Assembly (NCBI GenBank): GCA_030704615.1
Contig: CM060731.1
Location: forward strand, 44,454,001 to 44,518,000
Length of the DNA: 64,000 nt
Reading direction: 5' to 3'
Source: Takakia lepidozioides
Lineage: Eukaryota; Plantae; Bryophyta
Shown here: piece after piece, positions 49,130 through 62,207 of the stretch
Layout: each line of letters begins with the position of its first letter
Numbering within the stretch: position 1 is the first letter of the stretch
Position numbers and translations under genes: made by a program
Notes under the pieces: generated by a model
Databases searched by the model: none
What the model saw: only the letters and a program-made list of their open reading frames with translations
What the model was told of the DNA's origin: nothing

Positions 49130-52100
49130 CTACTGGTAAGCTAGCTCATCAAGAAGACACCTTGAAGTTGAGCACGATTGCCATTTTTGTCCCAACTTAG
49201 TACTAATGTCGTTCTTTTGTGACAATTTTAAAACGTTTCTCCACAAGCAACAAGCTATGCTCTAGATGATTGCAGAAAAACTTGCTGGATTTTCCATTAC
49301 CAAGGACCAACAGAGTATGTGGAAAGAATCTAGCAGTAGCACAAGCATATACTTACATTGAAGCATCATTGCAACAAAAATGCCATCAGCCAAAGAAATG
49401 TCATACCTGTAATGCCAGCTGAAAGCCATCCTTGGTGAATCATATGAACCTTGACAGAGCACCTTGATGCTGTAGCAGAGGAATGCCGGCTGCTCCTTGA
49501 GAATCATTTCCCCTTCAGGCCAATTCACAGTGGTGATTGCGGCAACATTTTCTTGGGGCCAGAAAGAAAACCTATTCACAGCAACTCTGTAACTACTATG
49601 GTTCATGAGTGTAAAGATGATATGCCAGTAAGGTTGTGCACTCTCTACTGCATGGAGTTTTGCTTTCATTCTCATCTCTACGTCAGTGGGTGAGTCAACA
49701 CAAAGACACATTGAGCGGTCATTCACAACCGACTTGGCCTCGAGAACCTTGGTTGATAAAGGTGATATAAAGGCTTCCCCTCCGCTGATTAGTTCAATGT
49801 CATCTTGAGCATAATCATGCAATCTAACTGGGCGGTCTCCCCAGCTTGTTGCATCAGCAGTTGATACTTGAGCCTGAATGTCTGTAGACATGGGAAGCGT
49901 GTCATGAGGCTTATGGATGCTGTCAATCTCCACGCCGCTAGACAACTCACTTTCTGAGGTTTCACTTCTTACCTTCATATCACATTCACTATCACTCTGC
50001 ATGTTAGCAGCAAACTTTCTGGAGGCCAAAGACCCTTTCTGAACAAGGGCTGGTTGTGCAGAATCATTTCTTGCTTTAAAATATAGTTCCTCTTCATCAG
50101 TGCCTTCGTTTGAAGGGGAGACCGCATGGTTGGAGTTGTTCCCACTGTTGCTGTTAAGCTCACCACAGACCTCCCCGTGGTCACCAAATTGGCCCTTATC
50201 TTCCACACTTCCACATGCTTCTCCTTTCATGACATTGTGCCCCACCGTGCAGACATTGTTTCCTATGTCACTTTGGACAGTCGTGCCAACAGAGTCACTG
50301 TTGCCTTTCGCCGACCCTCCAGAAGAATCGTCGCTGCCACAGGATGACTGTCTGAGAGGTGGAGCAACTTGGCTTTCAGTTACTTCCACATACTTCTGTT
50401 GGAAACAAACATAACTATTAGTGCGGTTTTCATGCAGAGTCTGTTGAATTCGGGAGGCTCCAACTACGGATTTTGAGTCAAGGACTGCTTGTTGAACAAG
50501 ACTTCTGACCTTCAATTGGTCAAGTGTTGCACTCTTCTCTTCATGTCTTGTTTCTGGCAGAAGAGCATGCCTCACATCGCAATCCAAAGCTTTGAAGTCT
50601 ATGGATGTTGCTTCCTGAGCCCAGGACTCAAATGAGTTGACTGAAACTTCCTTCCTGCCAATGCAATTTAGATGATAAGCAAGGATCCGTGCAGATAAGA
50701 AAAACACAGAAAAACAAAGAAGCTGCAATATCACCACCAATATCCCTCATTACACGTCCTAAATGCCAACCAATTTGAGTTTCAGAGCACACAGTCATAA
50801 TCACCAGGCTTTTTCCATATGTTGCACCAGGATGCGATCCACCATGTTCTCCAGCTTGGTGAGTCTATTAGCATCTGAATTCATGTCCACAATCCTGGCT
50901 TAGATTTTTAGCTCACAGCAGCCAGTACATACCCTACGTTAAGAGATGAAAGTTTCCCTTACTGCACTGACTCAAGTAGTCGTCTAAATGGTACTTCTCC
51001 AGGATCGTATTTCAACTTCTCCTGGGAAGTAAACGAGAAGTATAGCTTAAAGTTCGTATGATTTATTGTAGGCACGCCTACCTAATGTCTTCGCTGCTCT
51101 GTACATCGGTGCACGTTAAAATTTCCTTGCTTTCCCAACTACACACGTACAAGTCAAGGTTAATTTTGTGATCTCCTTAGCTCACCACCTTGCGTTTGCT
51201 GGAGTGATAACAAAAGCACGAGGTAGGAGCGGCGGATGTTTATGAATGCCAATGAGTCCGCGTCCAGAATCACACCAAGCCTTTTCGATGGTTCTTGAGC
51301 ATTTGGAGAAGGATCCCTGGACAGATGTCGATAAATCTTCAAAATGGATATGATCCTGGCATAAAGATTGGCGCGCGAAAGTTTTCCTTCAGTGAGAATT
51401 GTTAACCAATCAATTGTCTGTCTATCCCATGGGCCCTCGGGGCCCGCTGTGGCAGCTATTTATTTCTCCTCCCATGCACATAATAGATATTTCTTTCATC
51501 CTTCTCTCAAATGGTTGAAATCTTTTAATGATTGATGCTATATTGCATTTGCAAACAAGAAGCCTTACCTGTCACTACAGAGGGGGAAAGGATTCTTGTG
51601 TGGAGCTGACCAGATGAGCTCCTGTATACTGCCAGGCAAGGAGATTGCATTTTAAGCCCTTCCTGATTCATCAAACACTTAGCATATTGTCATAGCCAGA
51701 AGGAGACATTCTGATTACTTGACAAAGCATTACCTGTGTCTCTTAGTCTTCGGTTTATAATTTGGCAAATCAAGCATTCATACGAAGGGAGTAGACCTGT
51801 CTGGCATTTCATAAAGCACTGCGACAGCGCCCATTGTTTTCACAAAGACCATGATAAAGTCTTGGCAGCAGAGAAATGGACTGGACCGCTGTAAGGTTCC
51901 TAAAACTTCACGAGTGCTGAGACGCGCAGCAGAACTTACTGATTATCTCAAACTTTTCAGAAAATGATTCATGAAACTGAGAGTCAATTTTTGCACACTC
52001 GCATTCTTGATAAATACTTGAAGATTCAGCCTATGTTTCATTAGTATATGAGAAAGAAACTACAAGCTGCCAGAAAGAAAAGAAGACGCTGGAGGAGAAG

Positions 52101-52275
52101 AATACAGTATAAGCAGACAAGTATGTAGACAGTTCTACGCGTTTTTCTCATACTTTCAATCTGCATAATGACAGGACACATCGACCGTAGTTGCTCTAAT
52201 CAGATAGATTCTCACAATGAGAACTCCCTGGTAATCTGGGAATCAATGGATGCAGATCCTGCCATCGCCGTTGCA
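49130..52275 (-). pseudogene. Multi-exon gene of unknown function, with apparent in-frame stops in small exons
   Basis: Large coding exon inside ORF 49262-50740. Several small GT-AG-flanked exon-like segments at 50810-52275, some containing stops. A final exon-like segment reads 'DKNGNRAQLQGVFLMS*'. Confidence 0.45.
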
Positions 52276-53083
52276 ACTGACGCAATCCTGGACCTGTGAC
52301 AGAGAGTTTGGCAAACCTCTTGCCTTGAAGGTTCTAAATAATGGTAGCTAGTAGCTACCTGCGCTAGACTGTCCCCAGTGTTTCGCCAAATGCTTGGATT
52401 CCCACCGGACTTTCGCCAATGTGTAAACTCAAGCATTATTTCTATAGCGAGATGTTGGAAGAAGAAATTTTGCTTTAGGCTTTCGGTTGTAAAATTACAG
52501 TCAACGCCCGGCTATAACTGCGCGACTGTTAGTGCCTCCTTCAAGAAGGCCCATGGAACGCTTTCTTTTCCTGTTACTGATCCCACACGATCATTTTCAT
52601 CTTCCTCGTTTCTCTGCGCCGATCTTCTTTCTGCCGTATCCGACAACATCTCTCTCTCGTGTACTTTTCTTCTCCCCTCCAGTCGTTGTTAGATTACATT
52701 GTCTTCTAACATCTTTCTGCCACATGTCCGATCTGTAAGAAATTTCCCTGACATTGAAAGCCATTCGGTCTTGTTAGACGAACTACATTGCTTTGACCTT
52801 CATTCGAAGCAAATTTCACACATTCTCTCTTCTCCGTGTCTTGGTCGTGCTGTCTCTCTTTCTCTTGTACAGAAGCGCTCTTCGAGATATTTTCAAGAAA
52901 TTTGATCCTTGGTTACAGAGTACTATCACGTTTTCTTTGACTGTCCCTCCTTTATTAATATTTGGAAGATCCTTTGAAGTGCAGCTTATACCACTAGGAT
53001 TTCATACAAGTAAATGACCTTGCTTCGGGGCGGAAGGATGTTCAACGCCTGAGGAAAAGGTAGATGTATATGTAAGTTTTCCA

Positions 53084-54310
53084 GTGTTGATGGATAATAA
53101 TTTGTGTATTGCGGAGGGAATGTGGAATACACTTCCCCCAGAGCTGCAGGACAGAGTGCTGGCTTTCTTGCCAGTGCTGGCTCTGTTCCAACTACGCACG
53201 GTTTGCAAACGTTGGGCATACCTACCTTTCTGTCCAAGTTTTCATGCAGTGTGCGCCCAACTTCCCCCCCAGGAATCGTACCTTCTTGTATGCAGGCGTG
53301 CACACACATATTGTGCTGCTTTTGATCGCTCAATGAACAAATGGTATGATATTGACCTCCGCTTCCTCGATTCTTGTTGTCAGCTCCTATGGAAGGGGAA
53401 TGGGGATATTTATCATTCCATAGAAGCAGCCGCGGGAGGGCTTTTCTTTGTATGTTCCCATAAGAGTGATGGCGAAGCGTGTATTTTTAGTGTTTGCAAC
53501 CCTGTCACCAGATCTTGGAAGAGGCTCCCTTCTCTGCCACAGAATACTATTCCTCTTGCAGTTGCAATGATTATTGATAAAAGCACTTTTGCCTACAAGA
53601 TCTTTATAGCATCAGATGCCGCACCAGACGAAACTGTGAGTCCCATGGCGATGCAGGTATATGACTCAATGTCTTTGTGTTGGAAGAAGCTACTTCTTAT
53701 GCCGCCATATCTGGATATAGTTTGGTCATCCGCTGTCTGCAATGGGATTCTATATGTTCTAAGTTTTGACCCCTGCGATCTATGGGCGTATGACATGCAT
53801 GGAGATGTGTGGAGCAAACTCGAAGTGCGGGTGCCTTTTTCTCTTAGTATGACATTGTTGGTTGACTGTTCTGGAAGCCTTTTTCTGGTGGGGGAAGTAA
53901 GAGGAGAAAATCCCAGATGTATTTCCATTTGGGAGTGTAAAACGTCAGATATGACGTGCATCGAAATTGCGCAAGTTCCCAATCCTCTGTTCCAAGATTT
54001 CTCTTCTGATGAGACTTACGGAATGTGGGCAGCCATTGGACATAATGACTTTATCGCTTTCAAGAAAGGCGTATCAAGGACGCTGATTTATGATGTGTCT
54101 CATAGATCAGTGCAATGGCTTCCAATTTGTCCGGGTTCTTTTGATTACGATTCAGGTTACTCCGTGTACGGTCCTCCACCCTTAGCTTTGGTACTCCAGT
54201 GTGAAGCCCCCTCACGTGAAAGGCGTGAATTGTTGAATTACAAGTTTTGGGATCACCGAGCCAGTGGCCGGGGTTTACCTGTTGTCTTCGCCTCAGTGTT
54301 GGGGCTTTAG
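53084..54310 (+). CDS. F-box (Kelch-like beta-propeller) protein, single exon
   Basis: WNTLPPELQDRVLAFLP...LRTVCKRW F-box; AAAGGL, VCNPVTRSWKRLP, VYDS and CSGSLFLVG. Intact 408-aa ORF (true start may be a downstream Met). Confidence 0.9.
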   Translation: MLMDNNLCIAEGMWNTLPPELQDRVLAFLPVLALFQLRTVCKRWAYLPFCPSFHAVCAQLPPQESYLLVCRRAHTYCAAFDRSMNKWYDIDLRFLDSCCQLLWKGNGDIYHSIEAAAGGLFFVCSHKSDGEACIFSVCNPVTRSWKRLPSLPQNTIPLAVAMIIDKSTFAYKIFIASDAAPDETVSPMAMQVYDSMSLCWKKLLLMPPYLDIVWSSAVCNGILYVLSFDPCDLWAYDMHGDVWSKLEVRVPFSLSMTLLVDCSGSLFLVGEVRGENPRCISIWECKTSDMTCIEIAQVPNPLFQDFSSDETYGMWAAIGHNDFIAFKKGVSRTLIYDVSHRSVQWLPICPGSFDYDSGYSVYGPPPLALVLQCEAPSRERRELLNYKFWDHRASGRGLPVVFASVLGL

Positions 54311-55831
54311 GCACGGCATAAGCATCCAATGCAGCCACCGTGGGGAGGACCATCTCATCACTAAAGATTGGACAATTTGGGTCACTGTACCTCTTATGCC
54401 TACTTGGTTGCATGCAACGGGAAACTTTAAAGGATAATGGCGCTCTAGTTGTAGATAAAAAGATTATTGCATCTCCTGCAAGGGTGAGTTGCCTGCTGTT
54501 CCATGGCTGGGTCAGCCCTGGTTAGAGCAACTTGTCGGTGACTCTCTGGGGCCCTGAATCTGTATTACCCTCCATGTGGTCCAAATCTCATGGGTTCTTC
54601 AGATGGAGCAGAGACTACATCAACCCAAGTGGCTGTCCTTAAAGGAACTGTTGGTCTTTGAATGCGCCAGAGAGTGATGCATGTGGGAGATACAAGACAG
54701 GTAGACTGCAGCCCATCCACACACCATTACATTGTGCTCTCACATGATTGGATACACTCAACTAGGTCAACAGAACTGAATCTTCGATTGTGGATCAATA
54801 TACAATGAAAGGGAATGGTCCACAAAAAGGTGAAAGAGTGTCAGGGTGCACATTCACATGTTAAAAATGACTCTTGAGTCTGAAATAGATGTGTCCTACA
54901 AAACCTCACATACAGTGTGCACATACAATGCCATGAGCAAGGCATTCAGGGCTAGAAGATCTGCTGTCAATTATCTCGACTGTTATATTGAAACAACCGT
55001 TCATGCCCTACATGAGCAGCTTCAATTGGAGTACTCAAATATGAGGGTTTCCAATTTGGAGGCTTACATAACTCCCTCAATAATCAACAGCTAGGACCCC
55101 TTTGGCATAGGCCTAATTAGACCATGCTCTCCGGATTTGTATACCTCCAATCTTAGACTGTCTAGGCATCATTCAGCCAGGAAGCAATCTGATCTATCCG
55201 AGTTATCTACTGCTCAATTGGTAAGCCTCTAGGTCAGTCCTCATTCTTGTAATCTACAGATCGCTAGGCTTGAGCTAGTCGGCAGTGTCCAAGTTCACTA
55301 ATGCCCCCTCATTAAGAGCTGGTTGACGATGGGGGACTTAAATGGTCTTAAACACTAACTTCAGGAAGTTCAAATCAATGGATAGAGAGTGATGGCTTTT
55401 ACCCGAGGCAGAGACAATTTGAATTGGAAGGGAGTTAAGAGAGAGCTAAAGCACTTCATGGTCAAAGCAAGAATCGAACTATTTCTCAACACTGCAGACA
55501 TGTATCCACCTGACCACTTGTCACCCAACACCACTCAAAGGCTTTGAGTAGAAAAATATAAGCTGGTATGAGAAGGGAAGAGATGCTAGAGGAAGAGGAG
55601 GGGGATCCGAGCACATCTCAAGTCTCGCTACAGTACTGAACTTACCTCCACCTGCCAGAGCAGAAAGACAAAGGATACCACATGACTGACTGACCATCCA
55701 ACAAAAGATCAAAACATCTTAAACAGTAGCAAAAGACACCGCACTTCCACACTAAACTATAGGTAGTATAGACAAAAACAATGAATTTGGGCAAGAATTT
55801 CAACACTAATCAGAATTACATTACTTTGGTG

Positions 55832-57599
55832 TTATTTCCACAGCTCCTCCATCGGGATACCACGGTCCCTAGCCACATCCCGGAATTGCTTCATGCTTGA
55901 AACAGCCTCAACAACAGCACGTGCATTGTTAAGTGGGTTCTTGCTACCAATCTCTTTACCTAGGGCATTCTCCACACCTGCCATTTCCAGCACTACCCGC
56001 ACAGACCCTCCTGCAATCACACCTGTTCCTGTGGCTGCTGGCCGCAACATCACTTTGGCTGCACCATAGTGCCCATCCGCTCTGCTTGTGTGTCCACACA
56101 GGGCAACAGTTAGTCTACACAGGCCAAACACAGGAATGGGTTACCTGTACTCTGAATCCCATCTCAGTCTCTACAATTTCTTTGTTATGTGTACACATGT
56201 AATCAGGTAAAGGAAGCTATGCTCTCCAAAGTAATGTGAAAAACACATTACATAGAACCATTTCTCCTCTCCAATATGACTGCATCAGATTTTCCAGCTC
56301 AGTTCATACCCCACTAGCAACTCAGGGAGGGTAAATGGCCCAGAGGAGGCAGGCCTGCAGTGCGATAATTGTATATGGACCTCCGTCTGTTTAATACATC
56401 TAGTGTTCATAGTTTCCAAAAGAGTACAATTGAACTGGAACTGTCTGGAACTAACAGCAAGGAAAGGCCTCACTGAACTGTAATGCCATAATTCTATGCA
56501 ACTAAAGCCCCTTTCCATGTCCTTCCCCAAACCCCTAGTTGTTCTCTTCCTTCCTTCTTTCCTCACTATCCGTAAGTTTGTTACACCATACACTTTTGGC
56601 ATATCTAACCCAGGCCTGGGGACACTACGAAGCCTGTTGATCTGGACAGCCTGCAAAGTCTCCGTGTGTATATCAACATCAGTAACGTGCCTTTTATCTC
56701 TCAATCGTTAACCCGTTGTTATGGCACAGCAGTACATTTTAAAAATGTAGATTATCCAAAACGTCCTTACAAAGAAAAAATCTTTGATCTCAGGATGTAC
56801 CCGGATTGACATCAGCTGTAAGCCAGAGTTGTGGATATTTCCTTGAGATACACAGGCGGGTTTACCCCACCCCCCACCCCCCCCCCACAGAGGCCTACTT
56901 TGAAACCAAATGATGAATGCCATGATCTCTGGAAGGACACAGACAAGGGGAAACAAAAGCAAACCTGTGAGGAAATGTCAAATATTTCGTCATTGGTACA
57001 TTGACGATATGACGCCTCGCATCTGTAGCGGACTTTTGAACGGCAGTTATCACCTCCTTAGCCTTCCCCACACCGACCCCCACCTTGCCCTTCTTGTCTC
57101 CTACCACCACCACAGCTCTGAATGAGAGCTGCTTGCCTCCTTTCACCACCTTGGTGACGCGGCGTATCTGCACTACTCGCTCCTCAAATCCATCCCTCGT
57201 TCCGCGGTCGCGCCGCCCTCTGTCCCCATCATCTCTCCCCCTTCTTCCCCTGCCGGATCCACTGTCTTCCTCCCCGCCCTCATCGCCTTTCTGGGGCTTC
57301 AGCCCTCCAAAGGCCTTCCCGTACAGAGCCTCGTAGGCCAACGTGATTTCTTCCTCGCTCTCCTCCTCCTCCTCATCCAGCAGAATGGCCAGGGGAGACA
57401 ACGACATTCTCGATTTCACCTGCACGCATGGCGACGCATTTGACAGGAAATCGAGTTTTGAGCCCCACAGTGAGCTGGACAGAAAAATTCCAGATAATTT
57501 TGCAGGTGACCGAGATGAAGCATGCGCTGGAGATGATATGGACATGGACGAAACCCCAGATGCAATTGCATGAGAAAGCGAGAGACTGATGAGAGCCAT
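55832..57599 (-). CDS. rps5: Plastid 30S ribosomal protein S5 (nuclear-encoded; exons 57599-56965 and 56081-55832)
   Basis: Ser-rich transit peptide, then [31 protein letters not shown]...TFPHR|[25 protein letters not shown]...IPMEELWK. The GT-AG intron joins the exons in frame. Confidence 0.95.
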
Positions 57600-57621
57600 G
57601 GCCACGCTCTCCCCTCGTCCT

Positions 57622-57656
<35 letters not shown>

Positions 57657-57670
57657 GAGATAAGCTTCGT

Positions 57671-57893
57671 CTGCGTCCTCACAGCAGATGGCACGTGCGG
57701 GGATGACCTCATTCATTTCTTGGATGACCACATTCATCTCTAGGATGATCTCATCCCTGCAGAGTGCAAAATCGGTCACTGTCGAGCTGCGTCCTCACAG
57801 CAGATGGCACCTGCGGCGATGACCTCATTCATCTATGGGATGACCGCATTCATCTCTACGATGATCTCATCCCTGCTGAATGCAAAATCGGTC
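57671..57893. repeat. Tandem duplication (~107 bp, period 116) with internal 21-bp repeats, between divergent genes
   Basis: 'ctgcgtcctcacagcagatggcac..gatgacctcattcat...gatgatctcatccctgc.ga.tgcaaaatcggtc' occurs twice. Confidence 0.85.
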
Positions 57894-58142
57894 TTTGTCG
57901 GGCAGCCTCGTTGGTTTTGCTTCTCGTGTTCTCTGGCTTCCTCTGCAGATCGGAGAGTACACAATCCTTTGATGCCTGGAATCAGGGATGGGAGAGTCCT
58001 GGAAGCCAAGGACGATGGGGGGGCGATGGAGCTTGGTGGGTAATGGGCATAGCACCGATTCATACAGGCGTATGGGCCATGGATCCATCAGGAGATGCTA
58101 GAGGTGTCAATTTTGGAGAGTAGTACCTGCGTACTGGAAGTT

Positions 58143-61100
58143 ATGATGGGCTCCGTGGATGGCTTCGACCCAGTGTACGGAAAGGCGGAGGGGCACCTCG
58201 AAACGACGGTTCCGCAGGCCTTTCTCCCCTTTCTCTTTTGCTTGCAGCCCAAGGACGATCATCATCTGCAGATTCTTCTAACGGATTTTCATGCCAATAC
58301 TTGGCAAGCTGAAATGAGCGCCATTGAGCTTGAAGAAATGGTATGCTTTTCACTTCTTTTGGGAATTCTAACAACCAAGTGATAGAACATGTCTCCTTCT
58401 CTCAGCATGCTGGGCGGCAGCTTACAAAGTTATTGATTTAATAGAATGTAAAAGGCCTTTTGAGGATGGTAGCGGCACGTGGGGCTGGTAGAAAAGTATT
58501 CTAGAGGCTGGGACAGTTGAGATGGAAGAGACAGAGAGATGGCAACAGAGACGTCTCCTCATTGGACTGGGTTGGTCGCAGCCCTGTGGCATAGACCCGA
58601 GGTATGAATGGACCAGAAGACGAAATAGAAAGAGGGGAAACGACAGGATGAGCACAACGTGAAGCACTGCCATTGCTGAAGCCTCGCTGAGAGAAAGAAA
58701 ATGAAAGAAAAATAGTATGTTGGTGGGAGGCCCAAAGGACCTCGCGACAGGAAGAGAAACTGTGACGGAAAGTGGTAAACAGATAGCAATATTTACAATT
58801 GCCAAAGTCCCAAGGATCCTGGTGTGTGAGTAAATGGCGTGTAAGTGTTTGACAGAACGTTTGTTCTACCGATGGGATTTGGAATACTACCTGTTGAAGA
58901 ACCTTCTGTCCCTTTAACCCTAAACCTTGCCTTGGTAGGGGCTATGCAGAGAGACGAAATAGGAATCGGGGGCACGTGGGAGGAGTTTCTGGGGTACATG
59001 AGGTCTGCTTTTGCATCCGAAAATGTGAAGCTGATCCTTGGTGGCCCTGCCAGCGCAGTTGGCGGCTGTGGTGCCTCCTCACCTGCTCTTCCCTTTCATT
59101 TTGTGGCCACATTCAAAATAGCCTAATGCTGGGCACTCTATTTTCTTTCTTAATGTTATCTTACCACTTTGTCCTTGTTTACTCTTATACTACATGTGAA
59201 TATCTGGTAAATGCCGCCTATAGTGGGCTCATGTTGGTTACTGTGGCAGTCATTAGAATTTTCACACCGAGGATACAAAGTTAAGGTGCTCATATATGGA
59301 AGAGTGAAGTTTTCCTTCGTGTGCATGTTGCTTCACACCCTGCATAGTTACTGTAAAGTAGGCTTAAAATAGAAGAGAAGGTTAGATTGAGTGTACAAAT
59401 GAGATTGAGATGAGATGAGATTGATGTAGCAGTTGGTGAGGGCTATATCCAGCACTTGTAATTGTCACGTATGGTAGTGGTGCAGTTTTTCATTGTGCTA
59501 TGTACATTAAAATCTCAAAGGATGGTTCCCATTTTAGCAAGGTGATACCAATGACTTTCTGCTGTTGAAGGGTGTGGCCCTTGGGCGGAGGTGGACCATG
59601 TGTTAGAGCCAATGTGGATGTAAACGCAGTAAGGTGGGGTTTGTGCATGCTGAAGGTGCTACAAAAGCAAAGGTGGTGGCACAAAAGGCCAGGGGAACAC
59701 CACGCATCTCGTTGGCGCTAAGCAAGCTGGCAGGATCTGCAGCTCATGACTTGATGGCTGCAATTGGAGACGAGCTGTTCAAGGCCTTCCAAGCTCACTC
59801 CGCTTCTCTTGCATCAGGTCTCCCCTGGCCGTCCTCCAAGTGTCGTGTACTCCTTGGACGTCTCACCTGTATGGAAAACATTGAGGACTATATTCATAAG
59901 ATAAAATACTTTGAAAGGAATTAAAGGGCTACAGGATGGGCTCATAATTGAAGTCTACAGCAGGTGTTGGCTTCAAACCAGACTGGGGATGCCAAAAGCC
60001 CTGGCCTTTGGTGTGAAAGCATGTCAGACAACAGGTTGGTAAAGTTCTGCTTTCGTATTTTGTGTATTTGCACGCGGCAAATATTTATCATCATGCATTC
60101 CATCCAGTTTTTTTTGAAGTGTTTTATTCTATGTATTTTGACCAGGCTTTTTGAAATTCTTAGCAAACTCTTTCTTGGGTTTGGTGGGAGTTCCAACAGA
60201 AATGAAGCGGGCTGCCAACTTATCAACAGCCCTGGCTCAAGAGAAGGTATCCCTCCCACTGTTCCCAGCAAAATTGAATCTGTTTTCCATTGTGGATGCA
60301 TTTTAAGAATCGGTTGCTAGTGTGTCCGTAAACTGGCAAAAGCGTGAATTGCTGGGAATTTCAAGTGTTTCACAAGGAGAGCACACAAATCCAGCAGATG
60401 CAAATGTATCATAATGTCCCATCTGGAAATTAAGCCTGGTACAGAGGTTTTTGACTTCATGGCTTGCTCAAACGTTGGACTGACCAAAAACATGTATATA
60501 TGTGAGTCTGTTCCATACCAAAGAGGGAGAAAAGGTGCTGCTATGGGGGAAGTCTGGGGTGGTGAGCAAGACTTTAAGCTTAATCACATGTGCTTGATGA
60601 TTGAGGGGATTTACCATTCTCAAGATGTCGTAACTAGACAATGAGAGGAATATAGTCAGTTGATTCTCTTGGCCATGAATCTAGGTTACTTGCAAGCTAT
60701 TATGTGCAGACGGAGCCTCCTCAGTTACAAGCCCTACTAATGGGAAAAGGTGATGTGTGTGTTTCCCATGGCTGTAGGCAAACACAGAGAGGCTTCAACA
60801 GGTTATTAAATCTTTCTTAAGCTCACCAAGCCAAAAAAAGCAACATCTGAATCTCTCAGAGTTACCTAACCGCAGAGGGCTGTCTGGAAAAGCAAGCACG
60901 CCTACCATCACTGCCCCTTCTACCTCTGCCTCCTTGCAACATTCACAAGCTGGTGTGTGTCAATCTCATATCCACTCCTGTGCAAAATCTCTCTCCCCTC
61001 TTGTCGTGGGATCCTATTCAAGAAATATCGATCACTGGAATGGTTAGCTGTTTCATTCTCTTATTAAAGATAGCTGTGCTTTTGAATCTCAAGGAATTGC

Positions 61101-61499
61101 ACATGATAAGAACACGCTCTAGCATTTCCTTTCTCCAACCTGGCTTTTGACTGGATCAACTCCAGATAAATTTGTACGTCTGACAGCCAATCCATTATGG
61201 GGGTGCTCAGCTAGTTTGGCAAGTGTAAGTTTGGAACCCTTTAAGTGTATTTTTGATTGTTCGTTGCACTTTTCCTGATGCAACTGTTGCATCTCAGCCA
61301 AAAGCTTTGTTCACAATGAGGTTTGTAGATCTTCAGGGGACTTCCAGCTTTCTAATGAGGCAGATTGGGTGTTTCAGTGGAAACCAAGCCTCATGAGGTG
61401 TTGCCAAGGCCCCCCCACCCACCAGTGAAAGTGCGTACATCAAGAAGGTCCAAGCGGAGGGGGACAGTAATTGCAGATGATGACGACGATGAGGAATGA
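58143..61499 (+). CDS. At5g64010-family (plant PAXX/XRCC4-superfamily-like) protein, multi-exon
   Basis: Exons read GFDPVYG..PFLF..LQILLTDFHANTW..LEEM|RDEIGIGGTWEEFLGYMRSAFASENVKLIL|..KVVAQKARGTPRISLALSKL..ELFKAF. The C-terminus is 'RRSKRRGTVIADDDDDEE*'. Middle exons are uncertain. Confidence 0.7.
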
Positions 61500-62207
61500 C
61501 GCTTTTGCAACATGACAACAACTGGTGTCAAGGAGGATTTCTCCCTGAGCATATACTCCTCTCATCCTAGACTGAGCACAAGTCTTCCCATATTGATGAG
61601 ATCTGTTTTCCTGCAGATTGTGGAGACATGCCGGTATTCGTCTGCAGGGGACTGTTATTGTAGCCAGGAAAGTTTAAAAGAAGTGCATTGTTCTCTCACA
61701 AGAGACTTGCCCCTCCCCACAAGCAGTGTATCATAAGTGAGAAATAAAGTTAGAAATAATTAGTGCATTCATAACAAGTGTTCAGTAATAGACAATCTTT
61801 CTTACTGCAGTTCCTGCAGTTGTCCCACTGTTCATCAGCCTTCAAATGACTAAGGATCCCAGTTATAATAAAGGTGCCATGCATCTGCTTGGTGTTACCT
61901 TCACCACAAGGCTGGAAGTTTAACAGCAGTTTTACCACTTGGATCTAAAGGCTGGAAGTTTTTTTCTGCAGAGTGTTCACCGAAAATTCTTGTAATGAGT
62001 CTGTTGGCTGTCCTGCAACTTGCACCTCAAAACACAAGATGCACCCTAATCAAAGCAGCTGGCATGAAAATCTTCAAGACTACCATGTGCAGGCTAGACC
62101 ACATATGTTGATCAGCTGCAGCCTTGCTGCACATTACAAGTTCTTGGATGTGTGGGGTATTGAAACATGACATCCTTCCCCCACATGGAGAGATGGATAT
62201 GTTGTGG

